From IMG/VR virus record IMGVR_UViG_3300020165_000007, positions 186,001-250,000 of that record: DNA of 64,000 bases; one strand, given 5' to 3'. Shown here one piece after another: positions 27,149 to 36,450 of this stretch. Under the pieces are notes generated by a model. The model saw only the letters and a program-made list of their open reading frames with translations. It had not been told where the DNA came from and did not search any database. The position numbers were made by a program, and so were the translations under genes. Numbering within the stretch: position 1 is the first letter of the stretch; every line of letters starts with the position of its first letter.

Positions 27149-27174
27149 AGTATGTTAATAAATATCGTTAAAGT

Positions 27175-27208
27175 AAAAAAACCTCAGTCGACTAAGACTG
27201 AGGTTTTT
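27175..27208 (-). terminator. Intrinsic terminator downstream of large ncRNA
   Basis: Minus strand AAAAACCTCAGTC-TTAGTC-GACTGAGGTTTTTTT. Confidence 0.85.
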
Positions 27209-27238
27209 AATGTTATATATATTGGGGTAGGGAATTAA

Positions 27239-28060
27239 AGGACGCTGAGATTACACGTTTGAATGACTCGTCTTTTGTGGGATTATTATTACTTTTTCCC
27301 CACTTATCCACCCCATTGACAGGGGTATCGAATCAGTGTCGGTTACTATCGGTAACCACTCGTATCGTTGATAACTACTCAACCGTTACTAAAATCTCTT
27401 AAGACTTGCGGTCTCATAAAGGGTCGGCCAACCCACGAGTTGTTTCACAATCGACATCCTTAGACTTGCGGTCTGAAGGAAAACTTCGTTGACAAAGGTC
27501 CGAAGTATTAGACACCTTTCGTCATCAACGCTCGAAGACTCTTGCTTTTCTAATTGATTTTAGATAAACAACATGGATTTATGAAAGATGCGCTTCGAGA
27601 GAAGTTCTATACCTTTGGAGTACAGAATGCTTCACACCTCTCTGTAAGTCTGTCAACTTACGGTAAGTTAGGACCACGTCGACTTGTCGTCTCGGAGACC
27701 CCTCATACTGGTACTCAGCCCTACAACACCTGACAGGGTGTGTCGAACCGTCACCTGTAGCTTTTCCTATTGATATCACTATCTCAACTCTGATATTCCA
27801 CGGACTCAGAGTGGTTTCATCCCTTTAGCAGTTGCCCTTAGGGTTTTGACCGTAGCCACTTTGTTTAGTTGTCAGAGTAAACTCTGCGGATATCTGAGAG
27901 TTGCTCAACACTCTTCAATCCCTTTAGTCCTGTTACCAGGGTTATCTAACGACGCTAAACCGCCGATGACTAATAACTCACTGTGATTTTAAAAAAAGGG
28001 GGTTAATCTTTTTTGATATAAACTCGATTCAGTGAGTGTTCGTCATTATTATTTCAAAGA
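27239..28060 (-). ncRNA. Large (~820 nt) structured non-coding RNA, GOLLD-like
   Basis: GC-elevated, no credible ORF, dense hairpins with GNRA loops on minus strand, duplicated AGACCGCAAGUCU, 3' end GUGUAAUCUCAGCG; host-type promoter upstream, terminator downstream. Family call is from recalled size and motifs. Confidence 0.75.
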
Positions 28061-28067
28061 ACTTCTA

Positions 28068-28075
28068 CAAAGATA
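28068..28075 (-). promoter_or_regulatory. Bacteroidota-type -7 promoter element (TAnnTTTG) for the ncRNA
   Basis: TATCTTTG on minus strand; second TATATTTG at 28162-28169. Confidence 0.6.
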
Positions 28076-28205
28076 AGAAACTTTTTTCTTAATCTCCAAT
28101 TTTTTTTTACTTTTTTTTAAAAGGTAATATATAAATATACTGTTTTGTCTAAAAGGTTGTACAAATATATAAAAAATCTTTCATATATCAATCAAAAACA
28201 CCATA

Positions 28206-28418
28206 TTATTTAGAATACTGTTTATAATTACTATTTAATGTATCTAAATTACCCTCAGCAGTAGCAAGTTTTTCTATTAATTTATCCATTTCTTCAATAA
28301 TACCTGGATGTTCTCCAATACCCGTGGGATTGTTAAAGTAAATTTCTAATGTAGCTAAACACTCTAACTTGTCAGCCTCATACTTAGACTTTAATGCTTT
28401 GTAAATATAGTTTTTCAT
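28206..28418 (-). CDS. Conserved T4-like phage hypothetical protein
   Basis: YFNNPTGIGEHP..IEEMDKL motif. Confidence 0.7.
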   Translation of the reverse strand: MKNYIYKALKSKYEADKLECLATLEIYFNNPTGIGEHPGIIEEMDKLIEKLATAEGNLDTLNSNYKQYSK

Positions 28419-28822
28419 TTTAAAATTATGTTTAATAGTTTATTAAGTTGTTTCGTCATTGGTTCCGGTAATTCGTCTTTACCGAAGTATCCACATTCAC
28501 TGTGTTCATCACCATCTATAGCGTTATCCAAGTCAGGATATATAGGTTCTTCTGTATCTAAAAGATGACAATACATCACTCCCTTTAAAATTTCTCCGTC
28601 TCTTGTGTACCTTTTTATTGCACCAATAAATTCGACATTACCGTAGATAGGTAAATCTGTTTCTTCAATAAATTCCCTAACCGCAGCTTCTCTCGGTGTC
28701 TCTCCTTGCTCCATTTTCCCGCCAGGACAAGACCAAAAACCTGGTAATGTTCCTTCATTGTTTCTTTTACATAGTAAAACTTTATTTTCATGTCTCACTA
28801 TTATTCCAGCATATTTCTTCAT
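28415..28822 (-). CDS. NUDIX hydrolase
   Basis: PGGKMEQGETPREAAVREFIEETDL Nudix box. Confidence 0.92.
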   Translation of the reverse strand: MKKYAGIIVRHENKVLLCKRNNEGTLPGFWSCPGGKMEQGETPREAAVREFIEETDLPIYGNVEFIGAIKRYTRDGEILKGVMYCHLLDTEEPIYPDLDNAIDGDEHSECGYFGKDELPEPMTKQLNKLLNIILK

Positions 28823-28839
28823 GTATAATATTTATGTAT

Positions 28840-29196
28840 ATGAAGGTAATGATAAATAATAACATTTTTAAAGTCAAATTATGTACGAGACAAAAATCGA
28901 TAGAGGAGGGAATGCAAAATAAAAACTTTAACGAATCTTTTAATGGAATGTTATTTATGATGCCAAAAACTACCGAACAAAGTTTTTGGACGTATAACTG
29001 TATTATTCCTTTAGATATATTAATGATTAATAGAGGCGAAATAAATGAGGTACATCATAACTGCAAACCTTGTCACAAACAATCACAATGTGATTCATAT
29101 AAAGGTTACGGTGGTGAAGTATTAGAATTACCTGGAGGTACTTGTAAAAGTTTAGACATTAAAAAAGGAGACTCAGTCTCCTTTTCTTTAGTTTGA
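28840..29196 (+). CDS. DUF192 family protein
   Basis: GMLF...SFWTYNCIIPLDILMI...VLELPGG...IKKGD; start reassigned to 28840. Confidence 0.85.
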   Translation: MKVMINNNIFKVKLCTRQKSIEEGMQNKNFNESFNGMLFMMPKTTEQSFWTYNCIIPLDILMINRGEINEVHHNCKPCHKQSQCDSYKGYGGEVLELPGGTCKSLDIKKGDSVSFSLV

Positions 29197-30603
29197 TTTA
29201 CTTTCGTTAATCTTTTCTTTTAGAACTTCAACGAATCTTCGTTGAATCATCTTTACAAACTTAACGTATGGAGTGTCTCCCTCTTTTTTACCATACTTCT
29301 TCTTACCTGAAGGAGGTCTCTTACTTCTACCAAAATAATTTAGTGCTGAAATATTTGTAATACATTTATGTCCTCCTGAATTTGCTTGAATCATCTCCCA
29401 AGCAGGAACACCTAACTTATCAAGTATTGCCCATTCACCATCCGTTAAATCATTATATGGTTTGTTCATTATTGTCTTTAATCTATCCATATACTCTTCA
29501 CCACCGTCTATAGACCTAACTTTATCTCCATAAAACGCTTCTAAATCGGCGTTAGTAAACCCTACAGACTCTTGGTCAAAACTTTTACCTGATTCTGATA
29601 TCCACTTAATAGTTGATAATGGTATTATTTTATCTCTGAGTTGTGGTTCCCATTTCGCTAAGACTTCTTGAGCAATCTCACCTAAGTTTACACCTTTAAG
29701 TTCTCTCTCACCCTTAAATGGATTACAACTTGCCTGAACTAATCCCATGGGCCAAGCGATAACTAAAAAATCTGCGTCAGGATTGTTTTTAAATGGTGTA
29801 TATCTATCATATGAACCCGGTTTAAACATAGAACCTCCACCATATTGAACGATTATTCCGTCATCTACTTTTACTTTATCACTACTATCTTGTTTTTTCA
29901 CATAACCTTGTTGATTTAAAACCATTTCCTCAGGTGATGCATATCCTTCTTCTTGTGCAATTCTATTAATATTTTGAAATATATTTAATAGTGATGGTGA
30001 TGAAGACATAACTAATTTTTCTAAGAACTTAGGTTTGTTTTTATAAGCCAGTAGTAGTTTATTCGTGGCCAACCCTAAAGCCATTTTATTTTTTTGTAAT
30101 GATTTATCCTTTTGTAATTTAAATATAAAGTTCATTATATCTTGAGGTTCAAGACCAAATCTAGCGAAATCTGCCGAATCAACTGTTGATATTAGTGTAA
30201 TATCATCTGATGGGAATATGTCTGATGGTGACATAATATCAGAAAGTGTTGCCACATTTGAACGAGATGACCTAAAGGATGTTGAAGTATCTCCCTCAAC
30301 ACCCGTCTGACTATCGTGGTGGTCTGTATGAACCACAAACATAGGTTTACCATGTGCAAAATCTACAAGAACTGGCATTGTGTCTCCTTGAGCGTCCTGT
30401 TTTTTGACTGCAAACTCTTTATCTCCGTATTGAATTATCTCAGAGTCTACTACTTCTATTCCGTTATTTTCCAAATAGTTTTTCATCGCTAAGGCGGTAG
30501 TTACACCGTCTAAGTCTTGGTGGAAATATATCTTAGCCTTCTTGTACCTATCTGCAAGTGCCTTAATATTTCTTAATCCTGTCTCGTTTAATATTTTTTT
30601 CAT
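29188..30603 (-). CDS. DHH/DHHA1-like phosphoesterase
   Basis: YFHQDLDGVTTA, VDFAH, TDHHD, C-terminal GGH. Confidence 0.7.
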   Translation of the reverse strand: MKKILNETGLRNIKALADRYKKAKIYFHQDLDGVTTALAMKNYLENNGIEVVDSEIIQYGDKEFAVKKQDAQGDTMPVLVDFAHGKPMFVVHTDHHDSQTGVEGDTSTSFRSSRSNVATLSDIMSPSDIFPSDDITLISTVDSADFARFGLEPQDIMNFIFKLQKDKSLQKNKMALGLATNKLLLAYKNKPKFLEKLVMSSSPSLLNIFQNINRIAQEEGYASPEEMVLNQQGYVKKQDSSDKVKVDDGIIVQYGGGSMFKPGSYDRYTPFKNNPDADFLVIAWPMGLVQASCNPFKGERELKGVNLGEIAQEVLAKWEPQLRDKIIPLSTIKWISESGKSFDQESVGFTNADLEAFYGDKVRSIDGGEEYMDRLKTIMNKPYNDLTDGEWAILDKLGVPAWEMIQANSGGHKCITNISALNYFGRSKRPPSGKKKYGKKEGDTPYVKFVKMIQRRFVEVLKEKINESKSN

Positions 30604-30917
30604 TACGCTCCTATACTTCCAATGTTTAAGTCACCATCCAAAGCGAATGATGCCACTTTTAAATCAGGGTTCTCTTCAACTCTAAACCTATACTGAGTTC
30701 CGTATCCACCATGACAAACTTCACTTAATTTATCACCTCCCAACTCTATTAACCAATTTAGTTTGTTTTTATCTTTTACGACTTCTTCAATACCTTCTAC
30801 TTGATTTATTGGTATACATTTACCTTCTTGCTCATTCAAATATTGTCTTTTTGTTGCTGACTCGTGAAGGTTTAATATTCTATCTTTTTCCGAGTTATCA
30901 ATTCTGAATTGTCTCAT
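30603..30917 (-). CDS. Leader-bearing hypothetical protein
   Basis: MRQFRIDNSEKDRILNLHESATKRQYLNEQ; TATTTAT 30934-30940. Confidence 0.7.
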   Translation of the reverse strand: MRQFRIDNSEKDRILNLHESATKRQYLNEQEGKCIPINQVEGIEEVVKDKNKLNWLIELGGDKLSEVCHGGYGTQYRFRVEENPDLKVASFALDGDLNIGSIGA

Positions 30918-30951
30918 AGTAACTTATTTTAATATAAATATCACGTATAAC

Positions 30952-30978
30952 AAAAAACCCCTCACAAGGAGGGGTTTT
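30952..30978. terminator. Intrinsic terminator
   Basis: AAAAAACCCCTC-ACAAG-GAGGGGTTTT. Confidence 0.75.
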
Positions 30979-31001
30979 AAGTTAATTTAAATATTTTAAT
31001 C

Positions 31002-32060
31002 TTACTCTTGAGTCATAATATACTTCTTACCATTATAGATATATAAACTACCAAATGGAAGGTCTAATAAATTATCGATTCTCTGACCCATAACATTATA
31101 ATAGTTATTATCTAGTGGTCGTTGAGTATTTTGAATCTCACCTACACTGTTAGTAGTGTTGTCTAACAAGACCGCATCAATTGCATGTACTACACCATTT
31201 TGAGCTTCTAAATCAGCTAAGACGACTGTAGCAGTGCCGTTAATTGTTACTGTTTCACCGACACCGACTGTCAAAGTACCACCACCAACTGTGGTCGCTT
31301 CCAGTCCATCATATAAATCAGTACTCATAACAGTAGTACCTAATACGTGATACAAAAGAATGTCAGTCAAATTAGGAAGAACTAAAAGGTCAGTAACCTC
31401 AACACCCAACGTAGTTGCCAATGCGACGAACGCATCGTCAGTCGGTGCGAATACTGTAAAGGTACCTTCACCTTCTAAAGTACTTTGTAGACCTCCGGCA
31501 ATAACAGCTGCTTCGAGGTAGTTATGGACATCACTTCCTTCAATCCAGTCCCATACTGTTGCCACTGCAGGTGTACCCGGTGGAAAAACAACCGCATCGA
31601 TAACGTGGACTACACCATTGTCAGTAATAAGGTCTGCCACAGTTACTGAAGCTACACCATTTATTGTAATAGTCATACCATCTGATTGTATGTACATTGG
31701 TTCTTCAGGGAGTAAAGTGCCTAACATAGAATTAATTGACGGTGGAAGAAGCACCTCTCCTAAATATACTTCCGGAAGTACGTGGTATAAAAGAATATCA
31801 GTAAGATTAGGTAGTGCAAGTAAATCTTCTACCTCAACATTCAATTCATATGCTAACGCAATAAATGCATCATCAGTTGGTGCAAATACGGTAAAAGTGC
31901 CCGATGTGTCACTTAATGCATCGACAAGACCAGCAGATACAACAGCGGCTTCCAACAATGTATGGTCTTCACTATTAACGATTACATCTACTACTGTAGA
32001 TTGAGAAAAACTAATTAGGGATGTTAAGGCCAACCCAAAGGCCATTAGTACTTTTTTCAT
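31002..32060 (-). CDS. Secreted double-fasciclin (FAS1) protein with T9SS-like C-terminal domain
   Basis: 2x FTVFAPTDDAF...ILLYHV...NGVVHxIDAV; signal peptide; tail YYNVMGQRI...GSLYIYNGKKYI. Confidence 0.9.
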   Translation of the reverse strand: MKKVLMAFGLALTSLISFSQSTVVDVIVNSEDHTLLEAAVVSAGLVDALSDTSGTFTVFAPTDDAFIALAYELNVEVEDLLALPNLTDILLYHVLPEVYLGEVLLPPSINSMLGTLLPEEPMYIQSDGMTITINGVASVTVADLITDNGVVHVIDAVVFPPGTPAVATVWDWIEGSDVHNYLEAAVIAGGLQSTLEGEGTFTVFAPTDDAFVALATTLGVEVTDLLVLPNLTDILLYHVLGTTVMSTDLYDGLEATTVGGGTLTVGVGETVTINGTATVVLADLEAQNGVVHAIDAVLLDNTTNSVGEIQNTQRPLDNNYYNVMGQRIDNLLDLPFGSLYIYNGKKYIMTQE

Positions 32061-32174
32061 TTTTTTTGAAATTTGTTTTTTATTGTTCCTTTAGTATAGT
32101 GTGTAGAGTTTTATTAGTCAATTGTTTTTTTGTGAAAGTTTTATTAAAAATATTTAAACAAAAAAGACTCCTCA

Positions 32175-33647
32175 TTATAAGGAGTCTTTTAACATAGTAA
32201 AAAATTTATCTTGTCTATTATTATCAGGTTTTTCAAAAACTTTTTCCATATTGTACTTACCTATTCTTTTTGGAATTTTTAATTCATTGTATTCTATGTA
32301 ATCATCTTCATAATCTCTTTCAATAACCCCATTAATAACTCCACGGGTTTGTGATAATGAGAATCTTTTATAATTTTTATCAAAACCTGTATTCACTAAC
32401 CACACTTTTACTTTGTGGTTATTCTCAACCCTATTTCTAAACATATTGGTGTAATCAGATATTTTCCTTGGTAGGAATGGGTCCCCAAAACAAGGTGAGA
32501 ACGTTGTGGTAGGTTCAGTAACTCCAACTTCAGTACCCGCAACTTTTGAAGTATACCCTAACTTAAAGTACTCAACTGCTTGTTCTGTATTTAATAATGA
32601 TATAGGTGGTAATACACCAAAAGCGTCAAAAGATAGAAAAAATATATTCTCAACCCCTAAACCTCTACCTGGCATACTTACCTTAACCTCACGTCTTATT
32701 TGGTCCAATGGATAAGAAACCCTAATGTTCTCTGTTATACTACTATCACTAAAATCAACATCACCTTCCTCATCAACTATAACATTCTCTAATAATGAGG
32801 TATTTGTTTTAGTGAATTTACTATGTATTGCGTCCCATATTACAGGTTCTTTATACTCATCTAAATCTATGAGTTTAGCGTAACATCCTCCTTCAAAGTT
32901 ATATATATAATCATCATACCATCCGTGTTCATCATCACCAATAAAATACTTTAAAGGGTCAGAAGATAGGGTAGTCTTACCAGTACCTGATAGTCCAAAA
33001 AATAAATTAACACCTCTACCGTCTTTAGTATTAGAATTAGCAGAACAATGCATCGGTAAGACTCCTCTATCAACTAAAAGAGTATTCATAACGGTAAAGA
33101 CACTTTTCTTTATCTCACCCGTATAACTCGTACCAGCTATTAAGATTTTTCTATCATCAAAATCTAATATTACAAAATTTTCATTTTTAACATCTTCAGG
33201 TCTATTTTTACTTACAAAATCAGGGCAATGTAATATTTCCCATTCAGTAAATGTAGTTGAGAATGTTGTGACAAAACTTTGTGGGTCAATTAACATATTA
33301 TTAAAGAATATGATAGCCCATGGTTCTGTACTTTCTATATTAAAAGTTGCACTGTGTTCATAATTGTAACCTGCAACTTGTCTAGCTCTGAAAGTTTTTG
33401 CGTTTTCTATATATTCTTTAATTTCATTTTTTAATGAAATATAACTATCTCTACTAACTCGTTGGTTTATGATTCTTTCAAAATCGATAGTCTTATCTGT
33501 ATATTTCCCCTCAGAAAAGTATCTATCTTTAGGTGACCTACCCGTAAATTTACCAGTATTAAAATGTAATAAACCCTCTTTGGTGGTCTTCATTCCTCTC
33601 TCCTTAGCAAGGGTCATTAATTGCTCAGTAGTTTCGTAATAAACCAT
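32175..33647 (-). CDS. pckA: Phosphoenolpyruvate carboxykinase (ATP)
   Basis: TGRSPKDR, YTGEIKK, MHCSAN, FFGLSGTGKTTLS, IGDDEHGW, NFEGGCYAK, WLVNTG. Confidence 0.96.
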   Translation of the reverse strand: MVYYETTEQLMTLAKERGMKTTKEGLLHFNTGKFTGRSPKDRYFSEGKYTDKTIDFERIINQRVSRDSYISLKNEIKEYIENAKTFRARQVAGYNYEHSATFNIESTEPWAIIFFNNMLIDPQSFVTTFSTTFTEWEILHCPDFVSKNRPEDVKNENFVILDFDDRKILIAGTSYTGEIKKSVFTVMNTLLVDRGVLPMHCSANSNTKDGRGVNLFFGLSGTGKTTLSSDPLKYFIGDDEHGWYDDYIYNFEGGCYAKLIDLDEYKEPVIWDAIHSKFTKTNTSLLENVIVDEEGDVDFSDSSITENIRVSYPLDQIRREVKVSMPGRGLGVENIFFLSFDAFGVLPPISLLNTEQAVEYFKLGYTSKVAGTEVGVTEPTTTFSPCFGDPFLPRKISDYTNMFRNRVENNHKVKVWLVNTGFDKNYKRFSLSQTRGVINGVIERDYEDDYIEYNELKIPKRIGKYNMEKVFEKPDNNRQDKFFTMLKDSL

Positions 33648-33652
33648 TTTTT

Positions 33653-34528
33653 TTAATTTGTTAATTCATCAACCTGTATTTTAAGTTGTTGTTGTTCCAA
33701 CTGATAATCTTTAATTCTTTTTTTGGCGACTTCACAATAGTTTTTTGAGATATCAATTCCTATCCATTTTCTACCTAACATTTCGGCGGCTAAGCAAGTT
33801 GTTCCTGAACCGTTGAATGGGTCGAGTATTATATCTTCTTTATATGAAAGTATTTTAATCGCTCTGTACGGTATATCTAAAGAGAATGTCGCCTTTGTTT
33901 TTTGTTTGGTATCTGCAAAGTAATTCCATTGACCGAAAACTAGTGACATGAAATCTTTCTTATCTTTATCTTCATAAACAAGTTTCTTTCTCATCCCACC
34001 TTTTTTAGTGTCTTCAACCATTTGGTGTTCACCTTTCCATTGTGGAGTACCTTTTACCTTTTTCTTATGTAAGTTTTTATAAGCCAAAATGACACATTCC
34101 TTAGGGTTATAAATATACGGTGAAGAAGGACTCATCCAACTTCCCCAAGCAGTGGTCTTACTTCTATGAGGTGAACTTTCCTCTAAATCAACAATACCGA
34201 AGAATCCAAAACCAATCTCTTTCATTATCATCCACATCTCTGCAGAAAAATAAATTCTACCACCTTTGTCCTGTCGGTTTATTTCATAAGGTATGTTGAT
34301 AGCAATCCTACCATCATCTTTAAGTACTCTGTAAGCCTGTGTTAACCAATCTTTCGCAAAGACTTTATACTCTTCGAAATATTTGTCGTCATCCCAACTA
34401 TCATAATCAATACCAACACCATAAGGTGGTGATGTAACAATAAGGTCAATCGACCCCTCCTCCATCACCTCCATTTTCTTTATAGAGTCTGACGTATAAA
34501 TCGTGTTTGTTTCCATCTTCATTTTCAA
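33653..34528 (-). CDS. Beta-class N4-cytosine/N6-adenine DNA methyltransferase (orphan)
   Basis: VTSPPY precedes ILDPFNGSGTT. Confidence 0.92.
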   Translation of the reverse strand: MKMKMETNTIYTSDSIKKMEVMEEGSIDLIVTSPPYGVGIDYDSWDDDKYFEEYKVFAKDWLTQAYRVLKDDGRIAINIPYEINRQDKGGRIYFSAEMWMIMKEIGFGFFGIVDLEESSPHRSKTTAWGSWMSPSSPYIYNPKECVILAYKNLHKKKVKGTPQWKGEHQMVEDTKKGGMRKKLVYEDKDKKDFMSLVFGQWNYFADTKQKTKATFSLDIPYRAIKILSYKEDIILDPFNGSGTTCLAAEMLGRKWIGIDISKNYCEVAKKRIKDYQLEQQQLKIQVDELTN

Positions 34529-34739
34529 TTGTTTTTATTCTTCTTTCCAAATACCATAAAGCTTTCTTTAAGTCTTGTAAAGGGGGGTTATCATCTTTTT
34601 TTCCACTACGTCCAATATATTTTAAAACATTAAATAGATAGGCGTCTTTATCTATACCCCAAGCTTCCGCTACTTTTACAACCTCATATGGGTTATCCTC
34701 ACCACCGTAATGTGAAGGATGATTTACCTGTTCTTTCAT
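34446..34739 (-). CDS. DUF3310 family protein
   Basis: VNHPSHY...NVLKYIGR.GKK...QDLKKALWYL. Confidence 0.88.
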   Translation of the reverse strand: MKEQVNHPSHYGGEDNPYEVVKVAEAWGIDKDAYLFNVLKYIGRSGKKDDNPPLQDLKKALWYLERRIKTIENEDGNKHDLYVRLYKENGGDGGGVD

Positions 34740-34900
34740 TCTTCTAATAGTTTTTTTATCTTTTCTTCTGTTAAAACAGCCTGACTGTAGTATTCATCAG
34801 ATTTTTTTCTGTCAATATTTCCGTATTTATGAGAAAGTTCAAAAAATTTATCTTTTTTACTATTTAATCTCTTTAGTTTTATGTTTTTAAAAATACCCAT
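34736..34900 (-). CDS. Small protein resembling flavobacterial Lacal_2735/DUF6435 family (54 aa)
   Basis: Manual translation ...FFELSHKYGNIDRKKSDEYYSQA...I..L. Confidence 0.5.
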   Translation of the reverse strand: MGIFKNIKLKRLNSKKDKFFELSHKYGNIDRKKSDEYYSQAVLTEEKIKKLLEE

Positions 34901-34901
34901 A

Positions 34902-35123
34902 TTACTTTGATTCGTATTTCTTCTTTTTATTTTCTTTCCTCATTTTTCTCTTTTTCTTATCTGACATATTGTCAGATTCATACTCTAATTCCTGTACAGG
35001 TTTTTTCTTACTACCTTCTTTCCATAGGTTCTTTGGGCAATATTCCCATCCAAATTTAACCATATTAATAGCCTCTTTATCTGAGACTCTTTTTACTTCT
35101 ACACCTCTTTTAATTGTTTTCAT
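34902..35123 (-). CDS. Small basic protein
   Basis: KRVSDKEA..MV..GWEYCPK..WK. Confidence 0.65.
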   Translation of the reverse strand: MKTIKRGVEVKRVSDKEAINMVKFGWEYCPKNLWKEGSKKKPVQELEYESDNMSDKKKRKMRKENKKKKYESK

Positions 35124-35301
35124 AGTTTTTGAGTTTTTCTTTTATTTCATTTATTGGTTTGTTTTCCGAAAACATTTTATAAAAATCGTGTGACCAATCA
35201 TCACCAAAAATTAACGCATCTGAATTGAAGAGGTTATCTATGTAGTTATCCTCAGTCATTTCAATTATTTCTTTAGTTATAAATCTTTTATTGAAACCCA
35301 T
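35110..35301 (-). CDS. Hypothetical protein
   Basis: MGFNKRFI N-terminus. Confidence 0.6.
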   Translation of the reverse strand: MGFNKRFITKEIIEMTEDNYIDNLFNSDALIFGDDWSHDFYKMFSENKPINEIKEKLKNYENN

Positions 35302-35696
35302 TTTAGTTCTGAATTTAATTTTACCGATACAATATGTTCTTGTTCTTTATCCCATTCATCTGGTGATATTAATGATAAGAATTTTTTTCCATTATTTCCA
35401 TAGTATAAGTGATAGATATAACCTACCACAGGCTCGAAAGAATAAGTCGAATTGTAAATCATATTATTTAGGTTAACTTCTTCTATTAATTTATTGTATT
35501 TGTCGACAATTTGTTCAAACTCAGATTTAAATATTTTTTGTATTTTATGAGTCCCTTTTTGTCTAAATAAATCAATGTCCTCTACTTCAATTTTAGGTCC
35601 TGATAAATTAGAAGCGTATGGTAATATATTAGCGTGGAATTTTTCATTCTCTTCGTCCCATACGATATTATCAGGGTATCTAGATTTTTTACTCAT
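35277..35696 (-). CDS. DUF2452 family protein
   Basis: YSFEPVVGYIYHLY...FLSLISPDEW. Confidence 0.8.
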   Translation of the reverse strand: MSKKSRYPDNIVWDEENEKFHANILPYASNLSGPKIEVEDIDLFRQKGTHKIQKIFKSEFEQIVDKYNKLIEEVNLNNMIYNSTYSFEPVVGYIYHLYYGNNGKKFLSLISPDEWDKEQEHIVSVKLNSELKWVSIKDL

Positions 35697-36403
35697 TTTA
35701 TATTACTTTCTTTGAGTTCATCTAATTTTATTGTTTGAGTAATGTAATTAATTACCTTTCTTTTAATTATCGAAAGTAGACACCCGTCAATAGGAAATTC
35801 ACTATCGAATTTTGCCTCGAAAATTATGTGATTCTTTTTAAATTTATGTGTGATTAATTCTCCCCTTTCTTTTAATATAAAATCACACTTCTTTTCGTCA
35901 TATCTTCTATGAATTTTTTTTATACGATATTCATATAAAAATTTTTCGTCATTATAGTCAAATATTAAATAACCTTTATTCGCATTTTTATTATTTAATT
36001 TAACTTCTCTGTTAGTAGGCTTTACTAATACAGATTCAAATACGATAGACCATATTGACTTGGCAATTAAAAAGTAATCTTTTAATTGTTCATTAGCCTT
36101 TTTAGATATTTTTACAATTTCTATTAAGTTATCGTCACTAATACCTGTTAATTTTTTATGGGATAAATGAGCTAAAAGTATTTCATCGTCAACATTTTCA
36201 GGTTCTTTTTTTAATACTATTCTAGTTAAGTTTTTACTTATAGAATTAAGATTGGCTAAATGTAAAGAAAGTTCTTGAAATGTTGGGTATAGTTTAAAGT
36301 TTTCTAAGTCTTTATCTATTTTAGAAATATAGTCTAATAGAACATACTCTTTATGTTCCATATCTATAGGTTCTTGTAAAATCCAATCTAAAGGTAATCT
36401 CAT
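35693..36403 (-). CDS. Hypothetical protein
   Basis: W..EPIDxEHKEYVLLDY...LYP. Confidence 0.7.
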   Translation of the reverse strand: MRLPLDWILQEPIDMEHKEYVLLDYISKIDKDLENFKLYPTFQELSLHLANLNSISKNLTRIVLKKEPENVDDEILLAHLSHKKLTGISDDNLIEIVKISKKANEQLKDYFLIAKSIWSIVFESVLVKPTNREVKLNNKNANKGYLIFDYNDEKFLYEYRIKKIHRRYDEKKCDFILKERGELITHKFKKNHIIFEAKFDSEFPIDGCLLSIIKRKVINYITQTIKLDELKESNIK

Positions 36404-36450
36404 AATTAATTATTATACCTTAAGAATAAAAAAAACTTTTAATTAATCAA

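Noticed and set aside
27735-27760. GGTTCGAC T-loop-like motif as a tRNA
   Set aside because: No cloverleaf (acceptor/D/anticodon arms) around it; no tRNA recognised anywhere in the window
27579-27779. 66-aa ORF inside the GC-rich block
   Set aside because: Lies within the hairpin-dense RNA; codon usage unlike the rest of the genome
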